DNA of 12,311 nucleotides from a virus (Duplodnaviria; Heunggongvirae; Uroviricota; Caudoviricetes): IMG/VR virus record IMGVR_UViG_2563366990_000020, positions 1 to 12,311 of that record; one strand, 5' to 3'. Shown piece by piece: positions 5,839 to 12,311 of this stretch (position 1 is its first letter; each line of letters starts with the position of its first letter). The notes under the pieces were generated by a model. It saw only the letters and a program-made list of their open reading frames with translations, ran no database searches and was not told where the DNA came from. The position numbers and the translations under genes were made by a program.

Positions 5839-7904
5839 TATGCAAGCCTCACGATGTAGTTAAATGCAATATTTTTAACGGTGTTTTCGGCATTACCGGT
5901 GGGGTTAATGGTCAGGCCGTGACCATGTGAACCCAGTGCGAGCGTGTGGGTGTGTGCGCCAATGGGTACGGTATGTTGGTGGTCACCTGCGGCAGGAACG
6001 TATCCATTACCAATATGAGAACCGGACGATGAACCATCCAGCCAGTCAAAGTTTATGCCTCCGCCATCTTGTCTTCTCAGGGGGACGCTGTGTTCATGTT
6101 GTCCGTTTGTAGAGGTTGTTTTGGTTCCGTAGTCAAATGATGAGGTCGTTTTCGTGCCAAGGTCAGTATTTGAGACACTCCCCCCGTGGGTGTGGGATTT
6201 GATGCCGTCCTGTTCCTGTGACAATACCGCACGACCGCTGGCAGGTTTTCCCTTGATTGTCCAGCCACGCATATCCGGGATACGACCATCCGGATAGGCT
6301 TTTGCCAGCAGGGGATATCGTGCTTTATCGAATGTCTGCCCCACCATGATGGCGTAACCGGCAGGCGGGGTGTCTGACGGCCACGGCAGGGGAACGCCTG
6401 CGGGTAACAACTCACTTGCAGGCAGTGCGCCGATGTCCTGTGGTGTGGGTTTGTTTTTGTCCGTGTAAGTGCGGTACCAGATGGTGCTTTTCCCTTTATT
6501 TAAAACAACCCCGGTGAACTGTGTGCGGAGGTACATGTCGGCAGGGTTTGGGCTTTCGAGACCTGTTGTGATCCTGATGATCCCCCCGTTGATGTCGCCT
6601 GATACTTCGATAAGGCAGCCTCCAAGGCAGATATCACCATAGCCCGTATCAGTGAGCACGCTGTGCCGGGAAAGTGAAATATTGGCTTTGAATATCCAGA
6701 GTCCTGGTCTGAAGGCGCCACGCTCATTCAGCCATTCCACGAATTGTTCTGTTGTCCAGCGTTGCCCTGCTTCACCCACGTACCCGTCTTTTGCATAAAC
6801 GCGTGGTGCGCCCACGTTGATCAGGAACAGCTCTTTGTTGGGGATGTCCTCACCATTGCGGTTTTTCGCAAGCCGACCATCGGCGTTGTCCATGGCGATC
6901 TTTATAGCCTTTGGCGTGGCTGCCTGTGTCTCTGATGTACTGGTGGTGGCGCTGCTTAACTGTGTGAAGCCCTTTTCTTTCAGCGTTGCGTCCGGGTGGT
7001 TGCGTGATTTCTCGTGTTTTTTCAGGGCGTCCAGACTGCGGCGCTCTTCCGGGGTTCCTCTGGGGCGCAGGTCAGTCACGTTGCCGTCTTCATCAATTTC
7101 AGCGATGGCATAAAAATATTGCTGAATGCCGTCCCTGGGATATGTTTTCCGTAAACGCTCCTCCGTAACGTCCGTGTCGGCTGGTATGATTTCGTGCTCC
7201 ACCGTCCATTCACTGGTGAGCGTACCGGTCCACCACACATTCAGCCAGATACGGGACGGGGAGGTGGGCGTGACCATTGGTGTGTCTTCGGTCAGCTCTG
7301 CGCGTAGCCCCTCCACGTAACCCACCCCTTTGTTGACTGTCCAGGTTTCGCCTTTCTTAACCAGCCACCCGTCATCAAAAAAAGTTGCCTTCCCGTAGAT
7401 ATCGACGTTTTCCCGGCGCTGGCGTTCGTCCATGGCTGCCAGGCGTGCCGTGAAGTCTATCTGCCAGGTCTGCGCCGGGGTGGTGATACCTGTGGCTTCC
7501 TTCGCACCGCTGTACTCCATGAGCATGGAACGGACCAGCACATTACCTTCGTTACCGTTGTGGGTTCTGATTTTTTTCTGTGTGGGGGCGTGAACAATCA
7601 TGGCCAGCGTGCTGGTTGCTTTGCTGACCAGTCCCACCCAGTTAAATTCAAAATCACCCAGCTCTGCCCCCAGGGTGACCGAATAAACCACGGCATTCTC
7701 ATTCACCACGCCGGTTTTACCAACGGCCTGGCGGTGAACAATCTGATCTTCAGGCGGCAGGGTTTCGTCGGGGGATACCGGCGTTTCCGGGTTGAGGTCC
7801 GGGACGTTTGCAAAAATAAACTCATCCAGCACAACGGGGGTGCCTTCCGCCGCCTGCTGTGCCTTGAGCCGGATAAAGGCGCTGGTAATTACAGATTTCG
7901 CCAT
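5838..7904 (-). CDS. tail fibre protein (receptor-binding side fibre)
   Basis: ATG at 7904 with AAGGAG 9 nt upstream. 688 aa, with a C-terminal region carrying His-rich HxH motifs ([27 protein letters not shown]) and short peptide repeats (GTKTTS x2), typical of P2 H / Mu S / lambda Stf-type fibre distal domains. Followed by tfa. Confidence 0.85.
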
Positions 7905-7926
7905 AAAGTCATACTCCTTCAGTCAT

Positions 7927-8475
7927 TCACTCTGCCCTGGCCGTCCAGCAGATATACTCCCCTTCGTATGCGCCATAATGGATGATGAAGGGGGTGAGGG
8001 TTTCCACTTCAAAACGGTAACGGCGGCATGTCCTGCCATATTTGCGGATGATCTCCAGAAGAAGATCGCTGTTGTCGGCTATCTGGCTGTCTGTCACCCG
8101 CACCAGGATCACATCCCAGTCCACGCCGGGCTGGCGCTCGAGTAACTCCACGTAGCCGATGCCCAGCCGTTCAAAAATGGCGATAAAGCCCGCCACCTCG
8201 CCAGCCTCCTGTGCATTGATGAAGGCGTAACTGATGCGGCGGCGGTAGATCTCCGTGGGTTCCCCTTTAAAGCGGGTGATGTCCCGCTCCCATGCCAGCA
8301 AATCAAGTACAGGCTCTGCACATGTCATGGGGTCAAACTGGCGCACGGGCCAGGTGATCCATTCCCATACGCGGGACCAGAACGCCCGGGCGGCCCGCAG
8401 CAGTTTGTCGGGTTCTCCCCTGTCCATCCATGAGGGCAGTTTCAGCGAGCGAAGCCGCTGCAAAAAGTCATTCAA
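7927..8475 (-). CDS. baseplate / tail-fibre-attachment protein (P2 gpI-like or Mu gp48-like)
   Basis: Starts with TTG at 8475-8473 (not ATG), preceded by a strong GGAGGTG with a 6-nt spacer. Overlaps the upstream J-like gene by 8 nt. FDPMTCAEPVLDLLAWERD resembles the conserved region of P2 gpI as I recall it. About 180 aa and sits between a J-like gene and the fibre gene. Confidence 0.6.
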   Translation of the reverse strand: MNDFLQRLRSLKLPSWMDRGEPDKLLRAARAFWSRVWEWITWPVRQFDPMTCAEPVLDLLAWERDITRFKGEPTEIYRRRISYAFINAQEAGEVAGFIAIFERLGIGYVELLERQPGVDWDVILVRVTDSQIADNSDLLLEIIRKYGRTCRRYRFEVETLTPFIIHYGAYEGEYICWTARAE

Positions 8476-9652
8476 TGACCACCTCCACTGTCAGGGATTC
8501 GAGCCGTGGCACGGCCAGATCGCTGATGATGTCTTCCAGTGAAAACTGAACCGAAGCCACCACCGGGAAGGTCTGATGAATTTCCTTGCCCAGCGTGGAA
8601 AACGAAAAGCGCGAATAGGGCCAGACTTTTTTCACATTAAAGCGGGCGTTCTCCCGGAAAGCGCAGCGTATCAGGTCGCCGATATCCTGTTTCAGCCCTT
8701 CCGCGCCGTCCGGTGGCAGGGTGGTGGAACTTCTGATGTATGCGGTGACGTCCAGACGGTGACGCGTCTCCGGCATGGCGAAACACTGCAAATCATCCCC
8801 GTGTCCGTGGTGCCCCTCTTCGTTGATGTAGCGGTTGACTGCTTCAATGAAAGGGGCAGAGGCCTCGCCGCTGTCCAGTAACAGGTAGGCGTTGGCCGTT
8901 CCCGGTCCTCTCGGGGCGTCATGCTGAAAGTAGATCCGGTCGATGCTCAGGCCCGCCACGCTGGCGATAAGTCCCCGGTAGACGGCGTCCGTGTGGTAAC
9001 TGCTCACGAGGTTAAACTGGTTGCGTATTCTGTCGCGCAGTTCGTCGTCGCTTTCCTCATCGGCACCCGGTACGGTCAGCCAGTCCTCCCGGTTCACCAC
9101 GGATGCAATGCCGGGAATGGCAACGGGAAGGATACGAAAATACCCCGGCGCGAGATTGTGCCCGCTGCCTTCGGTGGTGGCTTCCACGGGAACGGATGCG
9201 CCGCTTTTACCGCTGCTGATAAGCGTTTCTTCCGTGACGGCCATGCTGTATATCACGCCGTTAATTCTGGCGGTCTGGACGATGGTGCCTTCGGGGATTA
9301 GGACGTCATCATTTGCCCTGGTTTTGGCAAACCAGATCACGCCACTGGCCTTACTGGCCGGTTTTGGGGTGATGTTGACGTCGTGCGCATGAAGCAGAAG
9401 AAGTGACCGGTCAGCCGTGGCGACAAACATACCGGGCAGCACAACGTCAACCAGCGCATCACGCAGCCACTGAACGGGTCGTATGACAATGGTCAGAATG
9501 AGCCGCCAGAAGGGACTCATGGGCGAGGTGTTGGTGATGAGTCCGGTTTTCTGTACATCCTCATGAAAGAGGGTGGCGATCTCTTCTTCTGTTTCCGGCA
9601 TACCGCTTTCACGGAATACCTGATTAAAATCAACGTCCGGTTTCCCTTTCAT
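8468..9652 (-). CDS. baseplate J-like protein (P2 gpJ / Mu gp47 family)
   Basis: ATG at 9652 preceded by AGGGTGA. The segment SVVNREDWLTVPGADEESDDELRDRIRNQF matches the characteristic acidic ESDDxLRxR segment of baseplate-J proteins. Positioned between a small possible W-like gene and the gpI-like gene. Confidence 0.7.
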   Translation of the reverse strand: MKGKPDVDFNQVFRESGMPETEEEIATLFHEDVQKTGLITNTSPMSPFWRLILTIVIRPVQWLRDALVDVVLPGMFVATADRSLLLLHAHDVNITPKPASKASGVIWFAKTRANDDVLIPEGTIVQTARINGVIYSMAVTEETLISSGKSGASVPVEATTEGSGHNLAPGYFRILPVAIPGIASVVNREDWLTVPGADEESDDELRDRIRNQFNLVSSYHTDAVYRGLIASVAGLSIDRIYFQHDAPRGPGTANAYLLLDSGEASAPFIEAVNRYINEEGHHGHGDDLQCFAMPETRHRLDVTAYIRSSTTLPPDGAEGLKQDIGDLIRCAFRENARFNVKKVWPYSRFSFSTLGKEIHQTFPVVASVQFSLEDIISDLAVPRLESLTVEVVIE

Positions 9653-10001
9653 AGTTCACCCTGGTGTTTATGCGTCCAAAATCCTGTGTCTCTGCCGTCA
9701 CATGCAGCCTGCCCGGTGCCTCTTCGTTAATGAACACCGTCCCCGGAACCAGCCGTTCATCATCCTCAACCAGGAGGATAAGCCGGGTAATGATGTCGCT
9801 GCGCAGCGTCGGGCTGCGTTCGCCGATAAGCAGGGCGGCGATCCCGCTTTCGATAATGCTGTGCACCACGTCCTGGCCGATGCTGACCCGGTTATCACAT
9901 CGCTGTGGTTCGTTTCCGCTGTTCAGCGTAAAACTGCCGTCAGTGATAAGCAGGTCGATGTAAAGCGATGGCGTGTTCATCCCGCGTAAAGCTCCGTCCA
10001 T
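9630..10001 (-). CDS. small phage tail/baseplate protein, possibly gpW/gp25-like
   Basis: Longest ORF starts at ATG 10001, but a second in-frame ATG at 9980 forms an ATGA overlap with the tape-measure stop and may be the real start (MNTPSLYIDL...). Size (116-123 aa) and position between tape measure and J-like gene fit a gp25/gpW-type wedge protein. I see no diagnostic motif, so the family call is positional. Confidence 0.45.
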   Translation of the reverse strand: MDGALRGMNTPSLYIDLLITDGSFTLNSGNEPQRCDNRVSIGQDVVHSIIESGIAALLIGERSPTLRSDIITRLILLVEDDERLVPGTVFINEEAPGRLHVTAETQDFGRINTRVNYERETGR

Positions 10002-12163
10002 TCATCCAGTTGCCCCGGCGTCATCGGGTTCTGCGTGTTGATTGTCAGATTGCCGAACGTCCGGCTGTTGTCGATACGGGTTGAGGTGTCCGTGCGTATC
10101 TGGTTGCGTATGCCTCCGGGTGGCAGCTCTGCGCTGATGCGGTTGCCTGCCAGTGCCGGGACGGTGGTTTCTGCAATCTGCGGAGGTACGGTGCTGCCCG
10201 TTGCGCCCCGCGTCATGGTGTTCACCTGCTCCGTGGGCTTCATGTCGATACTGATACCGGGGATTTTGTTCAGCTTTTCCGCAAGCCAGTTCCACGTCCG
10301 GTTAAACGAGTTTTTAATGACGTTCCATAAGTCCCCGAAGACGTTACCGATGATCCCCGCCATTTTCCGGAAGGATTCGACCGGGGCGGTCGGGTCAAAT
10401 GCAGCCACCACGTCCTGCCACCCTCTGATGACGATGGTGAAGATGTCGACCAGGGTTCTGATCACGCTGATAACCACCCCCAGCGCGGGGGATATCAGGC
10501 TTACCGCTGCGGCCACCACGCGACCGCATGTTTCCCCGGCACGGGTGACGCTGTTCATCTGTCCCGTGGTCAGCTGTACCGGTGCAAACAGATCGGAGAA
10601 GGCACCGAACAGGGTTTTTATGCCCTGCCATACCGGGGCCAGCGCCCGGGCAATGTCGCCGAACGCGGCAGTCACCGGGCTCATGGCGTCCAGTGCGCCG
10701 GTAAAACCATCAATAAAGCCGCGAATAAAGGCTTTGACGGGCTGCCAGAACTTAATGGCCACCACCACCAGAGCGGCGATGGCGGCAACAACCAGGAGGA
10801 CCGGGGCGCCCATGGTCAGAAACGACACGCCCGCCAGACGCGCGGCAAGACTGGTGGCAATGATGACGCTGCGTACTTTTGTGAGTGCGAGCGTGTACAG
10901 ACTCCAGGCTGCCCTGGCGCCCTTTATGATGGCCTTATGGCCTTCCATGATGAAGCTGAACACACCCAGCACGATGTTCGTGACCGCACCGGCTGCGCCC
11001 AGCGCCAGCATGGTCAGCGTGATGTAACCCAGCCAGCGGGCGATGTTCGGGAACATGTTCAGCCAGCGCACGAACGTCGCGCCGATATCGGCAAAACGGC
11101 CAGCCAGTGGTGCGAGAATGGGGTAGAGGGCGTTACCGATGGCGGCCCGGATGTTGTAGAAGGAGGCCACAAGGCGGTCCCACGGGTCAGTCATGGCTTC
11201 CGCCATTTCCGTGGCACGCTTCATGCCGTCATTACGCCCCAGCGCTGATATGCTCCGGTTAAGCATTTCCTGCTGTCCCCAGAGTTTTTTAATCACGTCC
11301 GCGCCACTGCCGAAGGCGTCATCCAGCGCCTGTTGTGCCGCCACGTTACCCTCGATGTTCCTGCCGAACCTCGCCTGCAGACGGTCGAGGATGTCACCCA
11401 TGGGTAAAATCTTCCCGGTGGCATCAACAAAACTCATCCCCATTTTTTGTGCGGCAGCGGGGGCACTGCGCAGGAATTCCTCATAGATGCCCGATGCCTC
11501 GGTGCCCATGGTCCGTGACAGGGTGCCCAGTATGGCAAACTGCTCTGCCATGCTGACGCCAAAATCCGCGCCCGCGTTTTTGGTGCCCTCAATAAGCTCC
11601 TGCATGGTGCTCATTTCCACGCCGAACTGCTGAACCATCCACGCGGTTTTACCTGCCAGATCTTCAGCAAACCCCACGGCACCCATGGCAGAAAACTCAC
11701 TGCGGAAACGGGCACCCATGGCGGCAAGGTAGCCGCTCGCCTCTTCGCTGCTGACGCGGGCAGCCACGGCCAGGGTACTGGTTGCTGCCGTCACACGGGG
11801 TAAATCCCCGTCGCTCAGCCCGTCCAGTGCGCCGCGAATATGCCATGCGGAACGGATGATCTCCGTGGAAGACTGACCGAATGCGGTCCCCAGTTTCATG
11901 GCCTGCGTGGTGAGGGCGGTCAGCGCCTGCGCCCCGACACCTTTGGCCTCAAGCTCGCCCAGCGCCTTCTGCATCTCCCACGCCGGATCCATCGCGGCGC
12001 GGATACCTTCGGCCACGCCCCACAGTCCGGCCACACCCACACCGATACGCGCGAACGCGCCCTGCGAGCGTTCGGCGAATCCCGTCACGGATTCCTGAAC
12101 CTGCCGCAGCGGGCGGGTAAGCTGGTCTGTCAGATTGATAATGAAATCCAGCTGGCTGGCCAT
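9977..12163 (-). CDS. phage tail tape measure protein
   Basis: ATG at 12163 preceded by GGAAGGTG. 728 aa, Ala/Gly/Met-rich and largely helical-looking N-terminal half, with hydrophobic segments at about aa 375-406, 433-470 and 551-580. Sits directly upstream of baseplate genes. I recognise this as typical tape-measure organisation. Confidence 0.85.
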   Translation of the reverse strand: MASQLDFIINLTDQLTRPLRQVQESVTGFAERSQGAFARIGVGVAGLWGVAEGIRAAMDPAWEMQKALGELEAKGVGAQALTALTTQAMKLGTAFGQSSTEIIRSAWHIRGALDGLSDGDLPRVTAATSTLAVAARVSSEEASGYLAAMGARFRSEFSAMGAVGFAEDLAGKTAWMVQQFGVEMSTMQELIEGTKNAGADFGVSMAEQFAILGTLSRTMGTEASGIYEEFLRSAPAAAQKMGMSFVDATGKILPMGDILDRLQARFGRNIEGNVAAQQALDDAFGSGADVIKKLWGQQEMLNRSISALGRNDGMKRATEMAEAMTDPWDRLVASFYNIRAAIGNALYPILAPLAGRFADIGATFVRWLNMFPNIARWLGYITLTMLALGAAGAVTNIVLGVFSFIMEGHKAIIKGARAAWSLYTLALTKVRSVIIATSLAARLAGVSFLTMGAPVLLVVAAIAALVVVAIKFWQPVKAFIRGFIDGFTGALDAMSPVTAAFGDIARALAPVWQGIKTLFGAFSDLFAPVQLTTGQMNSVTRAGETCGRVVAAAVSLISPALGVVISVIRTLVDIFTIVIRGWQDVVAAFDPTAPVESFRKMAGIIGNVFGDLWNVIKNSFNRTWNWLAEKLNKIPGISIDMKPTEQVNTMTRGATGSTVPPQIAETTVPALAGNRISAELPPGGIRNQIRTDTSTRIDNSRTFGNLTINTQNPMTPGQLDEWTELYAG

Positions 12164-12164
12164 G

Positions 12165-12311
12165 TCACCTTCCGTTAAATGCGATCGCTATACCTTCAGC
12201 GGTCTTGTTGGCGCGGGTACGGGCAAAATATTCATCCAGCCAGATGGCACGGGCGATGCTCTCTTCGTCGTCCGGCTCTCCGGGGAGGTAGTGACGCCGC
12301 AATGCCAGATA
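12165..12311 (-). CDS. 3' end of an upstream phage gene (partial; possibly a tail assembly chaperone given its position before the tape measure)
   Basis: Hand translation of the minus-strand frame open to the window edge gives a protein-like C-terminus (...LALRRHYLPGEPDDEESIARAIWLDEYFARTRANKTAEGIAIAFNGR) ending at TGA 12167-12165, one nt before the tape-measure ATG. The other candidate frame, ending at TAG 12190-12188, gives a Pro/Ser/Thr/Arg-rich string and was discarded. Confidence 0.5.
   Translation of the reverse strand, partial: YLALRRHYLPGEPDDEESIARAIWLDEYFARTRANKTAEGIAIAFNGR

Noticed and set aside
5927-7320. Plus-strand ORFs and the minus-strand ORFs 6077..6415 and 6500..6727 inside the tail fibre gene
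   Set aside because: All lie in alternative frames or antisense to the 688-aa fibre ORF, which has a clear start, ribosome-binding site and family-typical sequence; short with atypical composition.
5242-7904. Invertible host-range segment (Gin/Cin-type) or diversity-generating retroelement acting on the tail fibre
   Set aside because: No invertase or reverse transcriptase gene in the window, no inverted crossover sites recognised around the fibre C-terminus and tfa, and no second inverted fibre/tfa set. A 10-nt direct match (CGGTTTTACC at about 5612 and 7713) is in direct orientation and may be chance.
10035-11027. 330-aa plus-strand ORF inside the tape-measure gene (and the other plus-strand ORFs between 9664 and 12178)
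   Set aside because: Antisense to a gene with strong coding signal and its own ribosome-binding site; translation is Arg/Ala/Ser/Thr/Pro-rich low-complexity, typical of the opposite strand of GC-rich coding DNA; no recognisable ribosome-binding site.

Overview
This window reads as the distal end of a tailed-phage (probably prophage) tail operon on the minus strand, followed by a repeat-dense ORF-poor region and an AT-rich gene of different composition at the left edge. All calls come from reading the sequence and ORF translations by eye; no database search was possible, so protein assignments rest on recalled family signatures. Minus strand, in transcription order: a partial upstream gene (12165..12311), tape measure protein (9977..12163), a small possible baseplate protein, a baseplate J-like protein, a gpI-like protein, a tail fibre, a lambdoid-type tail fibre assembly protein (Tfa), two ORFs of unknown function, and a 557-aa protein whose C-terminal half looks like a gpV-type spike. 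The operon appears to end at a hairpin plus U-tract near 2273..2300. Region 1220..2270 has no convincing ORF but holds two repeated motif families: GTGCAAAAGT/TTTTGCACA-type and TTACGT-type iteron-like repeats. The most interesting locus is the AT-rich plus-strand gene at 1..1195, convergent on the tail operon. It encodes a WYL-like domain and a BRCT-like domain plus about 230 aa I cannot place, and its reading frame is split at a C10 homopolymer (242..251); removing one C fuses the two ORFs. It is a candidate uncharacterised sensor or defence gene, possibly phase-variable. No tRNA, rRNA, CRISPR array, integrase or transposase was recognised.
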